From Streptosporangium soli (GTDB lineage: Bacteria > Actinomycetota > Actinomycetes > Streptosporangiales > Streptosporangiaceae): a stretch of DNA of 64,000 nucleotides. Positions 1-9,763 of the stretch are shown piece after piece. Within the stretch, counting starts at the first letter, position 1. Each line of letters opens with the position of its first letter. The stretch spans positions 213,580 to 277,579 of the forward strand of contig JAKNTW010000009.1 of NCBI GenBank assembly GCA_022213955.1. Direction: 5' to 3'. Below the pieces are notes generated by a model. It was not told the origin of the DNA. It did no database searches and worked only from the letters and a program-made list of their open reading frames with translations. Position numbers and translations under genes: made by a program.

Positions 1-186
1 GGGCGGCGGCGCGGGGGGCGCGGACCGTCGGGATGGACGTGCTGGGCGACAATCGCCGGGTGCTGGCGATGATCCGCAGAAGATGGCCGCAGGCGACCAC
101 ACGTGTGGCCTCGGGAACCGTCGAAATTGAGACCAGTTTCTAGAACCATCTCTGGTATTTGCGGAACAAGGTTCTACACCCTCACC

Positions 187-801
187 ATGGCTTTCGTGAA
201 GAGTGTCAAGAGCGGACGCGACGGCCGAACCCGGATCATCGAGGGAGCGCTGCGCAGGTTCGCCCAGGACGGCGTGTCTGCCACCACCCTGGCCAGCCTC
301 CGCGAGGAGAGCGGCGTCAGCGTCGGCAGTTTCTACCATCACTTCGCCAGCAAGGAGCACGTGTACGGCGTCCTGTACGCCGAGACCCTGGCGATGTACC
401 ACGAGGCGTTCCTCGAAGAGATCCGCCGCCACGAGAACGCCCGCGACGGCATCGAGGCGATCGTCGCCCTGCACATGTCCTGGTGCGGCCGGCATCCCGA
501 GCGTGCCCGCCTGCTGATCAGCGAACGCCCGCCCCGGCGTGAGGAGCCCGGCGGCACCGAGGTCCACGACGCCCGCCGCGCGTTCTTCCGCCAGGTCTCC
601 GACTGGTGGCGCCCGCACATGAAGGACGGCGTCCTCCAGCCGGTCCACCCGACCATGTGCTACGTGCTGTGGCTCGGCCCCGCCCAGGAGATGTGCCGCC
701 TCTGGTTCGCCAGCGCCCACCAGCCGACCCCCGAGGAGATCGTCGGTCTCGGCGAGGCCGCCTGGCAGAGCCTCCGCCAGCCCGACGCGCAGGAGCGCTA
801 G
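187..801 (+). CDS. TetR/AcrR family transcriptional regulator
   Basis: ORF 103..801 trimmed to ATG 187 (MAFVKS...). N-terminal HTH segment RIIEGALRRFAQDGVSATTLASLREESGVSVGSFYHHFASKEHV is typical of TetR. High GC3. Confidence 0.8.
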   Translation: MAFVKSVKSGRDGRTRIIEGALRRFAQDGVSATTLASLREESGVSVGSFYHHFASKEHVYGVLYAETLAMYHEAFLEEIRRHENARDGIEAIVALHMSWCGRHPERARLLISERPPRREEPGGTEVHDARRAFFRQVSDWWRPHMKDGVLQPVHPTMCYVLWLGPAQEMCRLWFASAHQPTPEEIVGLGEAAWQSLRQPDAQER

Positions 802-1178
802 GAGTCACCCGCGTACCGGCCGCGGATCAGGGGTGCGGGAAGCCGAGTCTCCGCGCAGGTGAAGCGGTGGTCGGGGACGCCGGTCGGCGAAAGCCGGGTG
901 GGCACCCGCCACGTCTTCTCGTCGAGTGAGATGTCCAGCCGCAGGATCTGGCGCTTACGGCGGAGCCCTGGCACCCGGAACCGGTCGTGCACGTCGAAAC
1001 GCCGCCGGCCAGGACACCCGAAGCCCAGTTCCCCGGGAAGGACCCGCAGGTCGTCGCGGTTTCCGCAGCGGGGGCAGGTCCAGGCGACGAGGTCGCGCCC
1101 CCGGTTGTAGTCGTGGCAGGCACGGAAGTACTCATCGGGGATGAAGCGCGAATCGCAGGCCAGGCAGGGAATCAACAT
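798..1178 (-). CDS. hypothetical zinc-ribbon protein (CLAC...CPRC cysteine pairs)
   Basis: 126-aa ORF with high GC3 and two CxxC pairs. Convergent 4-nt overlap with the TetR stop. AT-rich promoter region 1180-1300 is shared divergently with the methyltransferase. Confidence 0.45.
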   Translation of the reverse strand: MLIPCLACDSRFIPDEYFRACHDYNRGRDLVAWTCPRCGNRDDLRVLPGELGFGCPGRRRFDVHDRFRVPGLRRKRQILRLDISLDEKTWRVPTRLSPTGVPDHRFTCAETRLPAPLIRGRYAGDS

Positions 1179-1299
1179 TTATCAATCCGAACGCTAAGTA
1201 GTAACGACTGCGATCATGGCAAATTATCCCTTCTCGCTTGATTGCTACTTGCAGGGCGCCACGGCCGTTATGTAATCGTCCTGTGACGCAACGCGTCCG

Positions 1300-2751
1300 G
1301 TGCAGAATGGACCGGTGAACGTGCCTGCCGACCTCCTCGACCGCCTGCGTGACCGGCTCGTCGAGAGCGACTACTCCATCGACGGCGTGCGCGAGCGACT
1401 CGGCGACGTCGCCGCGACCGCGCTCGCCCGCGAGGAACTGGTGCCCGCCCTGCGCGCCACCCGCGACCGTGACGCGCTCGGCGTCCTGATCCGGTTGTGG
1501 TGGCTGGGCGTCCCGGTGCCCGCCGCCGACGTGCCGCTCGACGTCGCGAGGCTGGTCGAGACGGGCCTGCTCGTCGCCGAGGCCGACGGGGTCCGCGCCA
1601 CCGTCCACCTCCAGCCGTGGGAGACCGGCGGCTACGTCGTCTCCGACCGGAAGGTACGGCCGGGCGACCCCGCGCTCAGGCACGACCACGTCGTCGGCGC
1701 GGGCGGGGCCTCCGCCAACCTGGCGCAGCTCGTCTCCCGGCGGCCCGTCGAACGCGCCCTCGACCTCGGCACCGGGTGCGGCGTCCAGGTCCTCCACCTC
1801 GCCGGCCGGGCGGAGCGGATCGTCGCGACCGACGTGAACCCGCGCGCCGTCGAACTGGCCGGGCTGAGCTGGCGGCTGTCCGGCGTCGGCGACGTCGACG
1901 CCCGTGCGGGATCGATGTTCGAGCCGGTCGAGGGGGAGCGGTTCGACCTGGTGGTGTCCAACCCGCCGTTCGTGATCTCCCCACGTGAGCGGCTGACCTA
2001 TCGGGAATCCGGATTCGAGGCCGACGGGTTCTGCCGCGACCTGCTGCGGCTCGCGCCCCGGTACCTCGCCCCCGGCGGCCGGTGCCAGGTGCTCGCGAGC
2101 TGGCTGCACGTCAAGGGGGAGGACTGGCGCGACCGCGTCGGCGGCTGGCTGGCCGGATCCGGCTGCGACGGCTGGGCCGTCCAGCGCGAGGCGCAGGACC
2201 CCGCCGAGTACGTCGAGCTGTGGCTGAGAGACGCCGCCGAGCAGGGCACCCCCGCCTACCGGGAGCGCTACGACGAGTGGCTCGGCTGGCTGGAGTCGAT
2301 GGACGTGACCGGGATCGGCTTCGGCTGGATCACCCTGCACGATTCGGGCGCGCTCGACCCCGTGATCCGCGTCGAGGAGCTCACCCAGAAGGTCGAACTC
2401 CCCGTCGGCGGATACGTCGACGACGTGCTCGCCGCGATCGCGGCGGCCCACCGGGTGAGCGACGAGGAGCTGATGGCCGCCTGCCTGAGCGTTCCCGACG
2501 GGGTGCTGGAGGAGCGGATCGGGCCGCCGGGAGCCGACGACCCGGGCCAGATCGTGCTCCGCCAGATCCGCGGGCTCCGCCGTACGACATCGGTCGGGAC
2601 CGTTGAGGCGGCGCTGGCGGGGGTCTGCGACGGCGGGCTGCCGCTGCGGCCGTTGCTCGCCGCGATCGCCGAACTGACCGGCGAGGAGCCGTACGGCACG
2701 CCTCCGGAGTCGATCCGGGCCCTGGTCGCGGAGGGGTTTCTAGCGCTTTGA
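1300..2751 (+). CDS. class I SAM-dependent methyltransferase (NPPF-type, with long N-terminal extension)
   Basis: SAM-binding motif LDLGTGCGVQ and catalytic VVSNPPF motif in the 483-aa ORF. Start not refined. Confidence 0.8.
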   Translation: MQNGPVNVPADLLDRLRDRLVESDYSIDGVRERLGDVAATALAREELVPALRATRDRDALGVLIRLWWLGVPVPAADVPLDVARLVETGLLVAEADGVRATVHLQPWETGGYVVSDRKVRPGDPALRHDHVVGAGGASANLAQLVSRRPVERALDLGTGCGVQVLHLAGRAERIVATDVNPRAVELAGLSWRLSGVGDVDARAGSMFEPVEGERFDLVVSNPPFVISPRERLTYRESGFEADGFCRDLLRLAPRYLAPGGRCQVLASWLHVKGEDWRDRVGGWLAGSGCDGWAVQREAQDPAEYVELWLRDAAEQGTPAYRERYDEWLGWLESMDVTGIGFGWITLHDSGALDPVIRVEELTQKVELPVGGYVDDVLAAIAAAHRVSDEELMAACLSVPDGVLEERIGPPGADDPGQIVLRQIRGLRRTTSVGTVEAALAGVCDGGLPLRPLLAAIAELTGEEPYGTPPESIRALVAEGFLAL

Positions 2752-2905
2752 TCCGGCGTTGATCGGACGTTGAACCGGGAGCGGAAGGCTCTGACCATGG
2801 GTGCGGCCCCGGGGGGTTCGCGGTCGTGCCCAGTCCGGCCGGCCGTCGATGTGAGGCGGCTAGCCGTCGCGAGCCGCACCCCTTAACCGGGCCCCCTAGC
2901 GGAAC

Positions 2906-3625
2906 GTGATGGTCAGGCGGCCGGCCGGGCTACCACTCGAACGCGTAGGACGGTCCAGGTTGATCAATCACGTGCGCATGACACGCCTCGATGACGACCT
3001 GTTCGCCGGGCTCGACGTGTCGGCTCCCCACCTGGCCGAGGCCCAGGAGGATGCGTCAGTTCCCGGGCCGGCTGAGGTCCGGCAGGACGCGTCGGCTCCC
3101 GGCCTGGCCGAGGTCCGGCAGCACGGGTCGGCGTCTGGCTCGGCCGAGGCGTGGGAGGACATGGGGGGTATCGGGCGGGTTGAGGTGCGAGCGTCGGATT
3201 CCGGGCCGGCCGAGGTCCGGCAGCACGGGTCGGCGTCTGGCTCGGCCGAGGCGTGGGAGGACGTGGGGGGTATCGAGCGAATTGAGGTGCGAGCGTCGGA
3301 TTCCGGGCCGGCCGGGGTGCGGGAGGGTGGGTTGGTGTCTGGCTCGGCCGGGATGCGGGGTTTCGAGCTGGTTGAGGTGCGAGCGTCGGATTCCGGTGCG
3401 GCCGAGGTGCTGGAGGGTGGGCCGGGGTCCGGCTTGGGCGAGGTCCGGGGGGTGGACGAAGGGCGGGTGTCAGCGTTGGACCTGGTCGAGGTTCAGCAGG
3501 GCGCGGAGGTCCTCGGCCTCGGGGGCGCCGAGCCGGGAGAAGAGGTCGTGGGCGCGCCGGAGACAGTCGTTGCTCCTGTCCGTGCTGCCGAGGCCGGCGA
3601 GCGCGTGGCCGAGGACCGAGAGTGA
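2906..3625 (+). CDS. hypothetical acidic repeat protein (34-aa units VEVRASDSGPAEVRQHGSASGSAEAWEDxGGI)
   Basis: The + frame through the repeat array has higher GC3 than the proline-rich - frame. The last 155 nt run antisense to the SARP 3' end, so the true stop and extent are uncertain. Confidence 0.3.
   Translation: MMVRRPAGLPLERVGRSRLINHVRMTRLDDDLFAGLDVSAPHLAEAQEDASVPGPAEVRQDASAPGLAEVRQHGSASGSAEAWEDMGGIGRVEVRASDSGPAEVRQHGSASGSAEAWEDVGGIERIEVRASDSGPAGVREGGLVSGSAGMRGFELVEVRASDSGAAEVLEGGPGSGLGEVRGVDEGRVSALDLVEVQQGAEVLGLGGAEPGEEVVGAPETVVAPVRAAEAGERVAEDRE
3040..3470. repeat. tandem direct repeat array (~102-bp unit x ~3.5 plus ~36-bp sub-repeats)
   Basis: Near-identical units readable at 3107-3208, 3209-3310 and 3311-3400 (gccgaggtccggcagcacgggtcggcgtctggctcggccgaggcgtgggaggac...gaggtgcgagcgtcggattccgggccg). 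Lies immediately 3' of the SARP gene. Confidence 0.85.
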
Positions 3626-6424
3626 CAGGGCCTCGCCATAGGGGTGGCCGATCTCGCGGCTCACGGTGAGCGCCTGTTCGGCGTGGCGGATCGCGTCCTC
3701 GAAGCGGCCCGCGGCGATGAACGTCTGCGCCAGGCGGCAGCACACCCGTTGCTCCCAGACCCGCTGGTTGCTGGCGCGGAAGAAGGCCAGGCACTCGGCG
3801 TGGTGGTGGACGGCCTCGCTCAGGCGGCCCACCCGGGAGAGCACGATGCCCAGGTGGTAGCGGGCCCGGGCGGTGCCCGCGCCGCTGCCGATCTCCGTGA
3901 AGATCGCCAGTCCCTGCTCGGCGGCGGCGATGGCGTCGTCGGCGTGCCCGAGGCCCAGGTGGTCGCGCACCGAGTAGCTGAGCACCAGCGCCTCACCCGC
4001 CCGGGCGCCCATCTCCCGGTAGACCTTCGACGCCGCGTCGAACCAGGCCAGCGCCTCGTGGTGGCGCCGCCGGCGGCCGGCGACGACGGCCAGCGCGTTC
4101 ATGGTCTCGCCGGACACGATGCGCTCGCCGGTGGCCCCCGCGAGATCGAGCGACGCGCGGAACTCCGTCTCCGCGGCGAGGAGGTCGTCGGCGCCGAACA
4201 GCACCCGGCCCAGGACGTATCTGCTGCGGATCTCGCTCGGGATGTCGCCGATCCGCTGCGCGGCGGCCAGCAGCTCGGCGGTGCGCCGGTCGAACTCGCG
4301 CATGTGCGTGCCCGACTCCAGCAGCGGCTCCATCGCCAGCAGCAGGTCGGCGGCGGGCAGCAGCGGGCCGGTCACCCGCTCCGCCGCCTGGCCGATCGCC
4401 GCGAACAGCGCGTCGGCCTCCACGTCCAGCCACGCGACGGCCTCGTCGGCGGTGGCGAAGACGCGTCCGGTGCCGTTCACGGCCAGGCGGTCGGCGATCA
4501 GGCTGCCCTCGTAGGCCAGCCGGTGCGCCTCCTTCGCCGAGGCGAGGTAGAAGTCGAGCAGCCTGGCCAGCGCCTGCGCCCTGACCTCGGGATGCTCGGC
4601 GTGCTCCGCCTCCCGCCTGGCGAACAGCCGGAGCAGGTCGTGGAAGCGGTAGCGCCCCGGCGTGGGCGCCTCCAGCAGGCTCGCGTCGACCAGCGACTCC
4701 AGGATGTCCTCCGACTCCATCGTGCTCCTGGCGAGCACGGCCGAGGCCGCGGACAACGAGATGCCGGGCCCGCTGGGCAGCGACAACAGCCGGAACGCCC
4801 GCGCCTGGGCGGGATCGAGCTGGTTGTAGCCGAGCGCGAAGGTGGCGTCCACCGCGAGCGTGCCCACCTTCAGCTCGTCCAGCCGCCGCCGCTCGTCGGC
4901 CAGCCGGGGCACCAGCGAGGCGACGGTCCACGCGGGCCGCGCGGCCAGCCGCGCCGCCACGATGCGTACGGCCAGCGGCAGGAATCCGCAGGCGGCGACC
5001 ACGTCCATCGCCGGGGCGCGCTCGGCCGACACCCGCTCGGGCCCGGCGACGGCGGCGAACAGCGACAACGCCTCGTCCGGTTCCATCACGTCCAGGTCGA
5101 TCAGCCGGCCGGAGGGGAGGTCGGCCAGCTTCGTGCGGCTGGTCACGATCGCCGCGCTGCCGGGCGCGCCCGGCAGCAACGGGATCACCTGCGCCGCGTC
5201 GAAGGCGTTGTCGAGCAGCACCAGCATGCGGCGCTCGGCGAGCATGGAACGGTACAACGCCGACCGTTCGGCCACGCCTTCGGGGATGACGTCGGGCGGG
5301 ATGCCGAGAGCGCGCAGGAAGGCGCCGAGGGTGGAGCCGGGATCGGTCCGCTCGTCGCCGTGGCCGCGCAGGTCGGCGTAGAGCTGCCCGTCGGGGTAGA
5401 GATCGCCGGCGGCGTGCGCCACGTGCACGGCGAGCGTGGTCTTGCCGACGCCGCCGATCCCGCAGATGGCCGCGACCGGCACTCCCTCGCCTCCCAGGAT
5501 CGTCCGCAGCCGGTCGACGACCTGGCGGCGGCCGGTGAAGTCGCCCACCGCCGCGGGGAGCTGGGCCGGCCGGGGAAGCTCCTCCTCCTGCTCGGGTTCG
5601 GGCTCCTGCCGTACCGGCTCGGCGGGGACCGGGGTCGCGGCGAGGGCGGGGTCGGCGGCCAGGATGCGCCGGTGCAGGGTGGTCAGCTCGGTCCCCGGGT
5701 CGATGCCCAGCTCCTCGACCAGCGCCTGACGGGTGTCGGCGAAGACGGCGAGGGCGTCGGCCTGCCGTCCGCACCGGTAGTAGGCGAGCATGAGCTGGGC
5801 GCGCAGGCGCTCGCGCAGGGGGTGGTCGGCGGTGAGCGCGATCAGCTCGGAGACGATCTCGTTGTGCCTGCCGAGCCGCAGGTCGAGGTCCATCAGCGAC
5901 TCGACGACGTTCATCCGGCGCTCGGCGAGCCGGTCACGCTGGTGCTCGGCGTACGGCCCGACGGCTCCGGCCAGCGGTTCGCCGCCGCACAGCGCCAGCG
6001 CGTCACGCAGCAGCCGGGCCGCGTCGTACAACCGTTCGGCGCGCCTGGCGGTCTCCGCCCGCGCGATGTCCCGCTCGAACAGCGTCAGGTCGACCGCGTC
6101 CTCGGGCAGCCGCAGCGCGTAGCCCTTGCCGACCGAGGTGAGCAGCTCCGGCCGGGACCGCGGCGAACGGCCCGGCTCCAGTACGGCCCGCAGCCGGGAG
6201 ACGTAGGTGCGCAGCGCACCCAGCGCCCGCGGCGGCGCCTCCTCGCCCCAGATCGCGTCGATCATCTCCGTCGGGGTGACCGCCCTGCCCTCGCGGAGCA
6301 GCAACATCGCCAGGATGGAACGTTGCAGAGGAGTGCCCAGATCGAGTTCCCTGCCGTCCCGCCACGCCTGAACAGGCCCCAGCACGGCGAAGCGCAGGCC
6401 GTCTTCGCTGTCCCGAACAGCCAT
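3470..6424 (-). CDS. AfsR-like SARP family regulator (OmpR-type winged helix + BTAD + NB-ARC ATPase + TPR)
   Basis: ORF 3470..6538 trimmed to ATG at 6424 (MAVRDSEDGLRFAVLGPVQAWRDG...). Walker A GIGGVGKTTLA present. C-terminal TPR-like repeats. Architecture matches AfsR-type large SARPs. Confidence 0.9.
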   Translation of the reverse strand: MAVRDSEDGLRFAVLGPVQAWRDGRELDLGTPLQRSILAMLLLREGRAVTPTEMIDAIWGEEAPPRALGALRTYVSRLRAVLEPGRSPRSRPELLTSVGKGYALRLPEDAVDLTLFERDIARAETARRAERLYDAARLLRDALALCGGEPLAGAVGPYAEHQRDRLAERRMNVVESLMDLDLRLGRHNEIVSELIALTADHPLRERLRAQLMLAYYRCGRQADALAVFADTRQALVEELGIDPGTELTTLHRRILAADPALAATPVPAEPVRQEPEPEQEEELPRPAQLPAAVGDFTGRRQVVDRLRTILGGEGVPVAAICGIGGVGKTTLAVHVAHAAGDLYPDGQLYADLRGHGDERTDPGSTLGAFLRALGIPPDVIPEGVAERSALYRSMLAERRMLVLLDNAFDAAQVIPLLPGAPGSAAIVTSRTKLADLPSGRLIDLDVMEPDEALSLFAAVAGPERVSAERAPAMDVVAACGFLPLAVRIVAARLAARPAWTVASLVPRLADERRRLDELKVGTLAVDATFALGYNQLDPAQARAFRLLSLPSGPGISLSAASAVLARSTMESEDILESLVDASLLEAPTPGRYRFHDLLRLFARREAEHAEHPEVRAQALARLLDFYLASAKEAHRLAYEGSLIADRLAVNGTGRVFATADEAVAWLDVEADALFAAIGQAAERVTGPLLPAADLLLAMEPLLESGTHMREFDRRTAELLAAAQRIGDIPSEIRSRYVLGRVLFGADDLLAAETEFRASLDLAGATGERIVSGETMNALAVVAGRRRRHHEALAWFDAASKVYREMGARAGEALVLSYSVRDHLGLGHADDAIAAAEQGLAIFTEIGSGAGTARARYHLGIVLSRVGRLSEAVHHHAECLAFFRASNQRVWEQRVCCRLAQTFIAAGRFEDAIRHAEQALTVSREIGHPYGEALSLSVLGHALAGLGSTDRSNDCLRRAHDLFSRLGAPEAEDLRALLNLDQVQR

Positions 6425-6775
6425 TCCGGGGTTCTCCGACTCCGAGGAAAGTTTTATGACCAGATGATAGGTCCTTGAACGCTTACGCCAAAGGTAGGAG
6501 GCCGAACGTTGATCGGCTGTTGATCCTCCGTTGAACATGGGGGGACATGCTGAGACACATGAAAGGCGTGGCCCCGAGCCAAACGGGGGCGGCCATGCCT
6601 CCCTGATATTCCGGGGGCTCGCATCAACCGATGCGGGCCCCTTGTCGCGTGCCGTACAGCACGTTTATAGCGGGCTGCAGGCTGCCGTCAACAGTGTGTA
6701 AGCGGTGTGCAGGCGGCAGGGCCTATCAATGAGCCATCGCCCCGGCACTGGGGGAGTTTCCGAAGGAGAACCACG

Positions 6776-7303
6776 ATGCGCCGCACCACTCGCACCCTGC
6801 TCGGCCTCGCGGCCGTCAGCGCCACCGCCCTTGCCCTCGCCCTGCCCGCCTCGGCCGCCAGCGCGTCGACCGTCAGCGCCGGCGGTCCGTCCGCCACGAT
6901 CGGCACGGGCGGCCCGTCCGCCACGACCGTCGGCACCGGCGTGCGGGCCGACTTCGAGGACTTCTGGGGCTCGTACTACTCCAAGCGTTACAACGACGCC
7001 CGCGCCCGGGCCAGGGGCGAGGTGTCGACCAGCGGCAGCCGGGTCCACGTTGAGGGCCGGGTGTACGACAAGAACTCGCCGTGGTGGCTCTGCGGCTACG
7101 TCCAGGTGAAGTTCGAGGACGAGGACGGCGAGGAGGAGACCCGCGCCGCCAAGAAGTGCGGCTCCGACGGTTACCGCTCCTTCCGCTTCTCCGAGCGTCA
7201 CGTGGAGAACGTCCAGGTCCGGGTCTGCTACTGGAACGAGCGGACCGACTCCAAGAAGTACTGCGGCCGGTGGGACTACATCTACGAGGCCGACGAGTCG
7301 TAG
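6776..7303 (+). CDS. small secreted hypothetical protein
   Basis: RBS ggagaa precedes ATG 6776. Signal peptide MRRTTRTLLGLAAVSATALALALPASAASA. Four Cys in the C-terminal half. High GC3. Confidence 0.6.
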   Translation: MRRTTRTLLGLAAVSATALALALPASAASASTVSAGGPSATIGTGGPSATTVGTGVRADFEDFWGSYYSKRYNDARARARGEVSTSGSRVHVEGRVYDKNSPWWLCGYVQVKFEDEDGEEETRAAKKCGSDGYRSFRFSERHVENVQVRVCYWNERTDSKKYCGRWDYIYEADES

Positions 7304-7387
7304 CAGCCGGGGGACCACGTCCACCAGGATCGTGGCCACACACGCCGACGGCCCGCCCGGGAGATCCCGGGCGGGCCGTTCGACGTG

Positions 7388-8653
7388 TCAGCTGGCGACG
7401 AGCGAGGTGGAACGCGTCGAGCTCATCGCGGCCAGTGCCTCGCTGAGATGGTCGAGCGACGCCGAGATCCACGGCAACGCCAGTGGATCGCCGGACCGCA
7501 GAGCCGCCAGGCGCTGCTCGGCGGTCTCACCGTAGAGCAGGCTGGTGGCCACCCTGATCCGCAGCTCGGCCGGGTCGTCACCGAACGCGTGCCCGGGCAG
7601 CACGCCGACCCCGTGCCGTTCGAGCATCATCGCGGCCAGTTCCGCCGAGGTCGTCACGCGCAGCCGTTCCCGCAGACGCCCGAGGTCGGGATAGATGTAG
7701 AAGCCCCCCTTGGGCTCCGCGACCTCGGCCCCCGCAGCCGTGAACCGGGCGTGCGCGGCGCGCACCACGGTGCCGTGCAGGCGCCGGCTCATCGCCACCC
7801 GCTCGATGAGCTCGATCGGCTCGGTGAAGGCGTAGGCCGCCGCCTCCTGGACCGGCGCCGCCGGGCTCGACCAGATCTCGCTGGCCACCGCGAGCATCCG
7901 CGCGCGCAGGCCGTACTCGCCGTCGGGCAGCCGGGCCACCCCGATCCGCCAGCCGCCGAGCGCCAGGCTCTTGCTCAGTCCCGTGGTGATCACAGTGCGT
8001 TCGGGCGCCAGGTCGGCCGGGCTGAGAAAAGGGGTCGTCTGGTCGTGCACCAGGTCGCGGTAGATCTCGTCGGAGATGATCGTGAGATCGAGTTCCCTGG
8101 CGATCTCCACCAGGCTGCGGATCGTCTCCGGCGAGGCCAGGGTGCCCGACGGGTTGTCCGGAAGGGTGACGAGCAGCGAGCCGACCGTGCGGCCCCGCGC
8201 CCGGGCGCGCAACACCGCCGACCTGACCTGGCCGGGATCCGGCGCCCCTCCCTCGCCGGGGGGCGCGGGGACCAGGATGGGTCGGGCGCCGACGAGGTCC
8301 GCCTGCGCGGCGTAGCTCACCCAGCTCGGCATCGGGAGCACGATGTCGCCGCCGATCGCCAGCAGCAGGCCGTACAGCAGCGGCTTGCTGCCCGGTCCGC
8401 AAACCACCAGGTCGGGGTCGGTGGGCAGGCCGCGACGGCTCCAGTAGCCGGCTGCCGCGGTTCGCAGGTCGGCCGAGCCCGCGACCGGTCCGTAGCCGTT
8501 GCGCTCCGACGCCGCGATCAGTTGCCTGCGCAGGGCCGGGTGGACGGGTAGCCCGGCCTCGCCGAAGGCCAGGTTGAGCACCCTCTCCCCGGCGCGGCGT
8601 CTTCGTTCGATCTCCTCGTTCGCCGCCAAAGTGGCGGACAGGGTTACGTTCAT
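7388..8653 (-). CDS. PLP-dependent aminotransferase, class I/II
   Basis: 421-aa ORF. SKSLALGGWRIG segment contains the PLP-lysine context of fold-type I aminotransferases. Confidence 0.85.
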   Translation of the reverse strand: MNVTLSATLAANEEIERRRRAGERVLNLAFGEAGLPVHPALRRQLIAASERNGYGPVAGSADLRTAAAGYWSRRGLPTDPDLVVCGPGSKPLLYGLLLAIGGDIVLPMPSWVSYAAQADLVGARPILVPAPPGEGGAPDPGQVRSAVLRARARGRTVGSLLVTLPDNPSGTLASPETIRSLVEIARELDLTIISDEIYRDLVHDQTTPFLSPADLAPERTVITTGLSKSLALGGWRIGVARLPDGEYGLRARMLAVASEIWSSPAAPVQEAAAYAFTEPIELIERVAMSRRLHGTVVRAAHARFTAAGAEVAEPKGGFYIYPDLGRLRERLRVTTSAELAAMMLERHGVGVLPGHAFGDDPAELRIRVATSLLYGETAEQRLAALRSGDPLALPWISASLDHLSEALAAMSSTRSTSLVAS

Positions 8654-8751
8654 GGTGGTGCCTCCTGCTTATGCTCGGAACGTTCCCAGCGTGAAGGGGA
8701 TCAGGCATCACGGCAAGCGAGGCTTTTCGTGGGTAGGCGTAAGGAAGTCTG

Positions 8752-9693
8752 ATGCTCGATTTGCGGCGTTTAACGTTGATCTGCGAGTTCGCTCGCCGTG
8801 GCAGTATCGCCGCGACCGCCACCGCTCTCGGCTACAGTCCGTCCGCCGTCTCCCAGCAGCTCGTGGCGCTGGAACGGGAGGCCGGCACGGCACTGCTCGA
8901 CCGTACGGCCCGCAGCGCGGAACTCACCGACGCCGGGCGGCGGCTCGTCGAACACGCCGAACGGATCCTGTCCATGGTGGAGGCCGCGGAGAGCGACCTG
9001 TCCGCGCACGCGGCGACCCCGTCGGGCCGGGTCGTGATCACCGCCTTCCCCACCGCCGCGGTGGCCTTCGCACCCGCCCTCGCCCGCTCACTCCGCCGCC
9101 ACACCTCCCTGACCCTCCGCATGCGCCAGGGGCGGTCCGGGCGGGGGATGCGCGAGGTCGAGTCGGGCGAGGTGGACATCGCCCTGGTCGACGACTGGTA
9201 CGGCCGGGTGCTCGAACGCGGCTCCGGCACCCTGCGCGTCTTCCCCCTGCTGTACGACCCGCTGGTCCTGGTGGTGCCGCGCAAGCACCCGATGGCCGAT
9301 CCCGCCGTCCCGGTCGATCTGCGCACCCTCCGCGACGAGCCGTGGATGGCCACACCCGACGGCGAACCCTCCCGGCTCGCCGTCGACCGCCTGCTCGCCG
9401 ACGTCGGCGGCGCGCTTCCCGTCCCGTGGGAGTTCGAAGGGCTCGGCACGATCCTCGGCCTGGTCGCCAAGGGGATCGGCATCGCCGCCGTGCCCGCCCT
9501 CGCGCTCGCCTCCGGGGTGCGCGGCATCGTCGTCCGCGAGTTCCCCGGCGAGCCCTTCGGCCGCGAGATCCACGCCGTCGCCCGGGTCTCCAGCATCGAC
9601 CGCCCCTCGGTGTCGGTCACCCTGCGCGCGATGCACGTGGCCGCCCGGGTCCTGGCCGCCGACCTGTCCCCGCTGACCCTCGCGGCCCGTTGA
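8752..9693 (+). CDS. LysR family transcriptional regulator
   Basis: N-terminal HTH LDLRRLTLICEFARRGSIAATATALGYSPSAVSQQLVALE. Divergent from the aminotransferase, the classic LysR-target arrangement. Confidence 0.85.
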   Translation: MLDLRRLTLICEFARRGSIAATATALGYSPSAVSQQLVALEREAGTALLDRTARSAELTDAGRRLVEHAERILSMVEAAESDLSAHAATPSGRVVITAFPTAAVAFAPALARSLRRHTSLTLRMRQGRSGRGMREVESGEVDIALVDDWYGRVLERGSGTLRVFPLLYDPLVLVVPRKHPMADPAVPVDLRTLRDEPWMATPDGEPSRLAVDRLLADVGGALPVPWEFEGLGTILGLVAKGIGIAAVPALALASGVRGIVVREFPGEPFGREIHAVARVSSIDRPSVSVTLRAMHVAARVLAADLSPLTLAAR

Positions 9694-9763
9694 CGATCGT
9701 GTCGCGTAGATGTGCGCTGTCCGCCGTCGATCTGGCTGCATTTCCGCGGTGGGTGCCGGACAG

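Noticed and set aside
2900-3470. afsS-like small gene downstream of the AfsR-like regulator
   Set aside because: No ORF on the SARP strand downstream encodes the AfsS-type TxxDNHMP repeat peptide. The repeats present are unrelated in sequence and most open on the opposite strand.
2964-3794. Proline-rich 276-aa ORF on the - strand through the 102-bp repeat array
   Set aside because: GC3 in the unique part is lower than that of the + frame. Two thirds of it would have to overlap the SARP gene in another frame. Probably a repeat-generated open frame.
3644-6478. 944-aa ORF on the + strand covering the whole SARP gene (and similar long antisense ORFs at 7385..8551, 28252..32493, 56422..58821, 59296..61728)
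   Set aside because: These are typical stop-free antisense frames of high-GC genes. They share codon boundaries with the real gene and have skewed, low-complexity Arg/Gly/Pro-rich translations. The sense-strand genes have clear family signatures.
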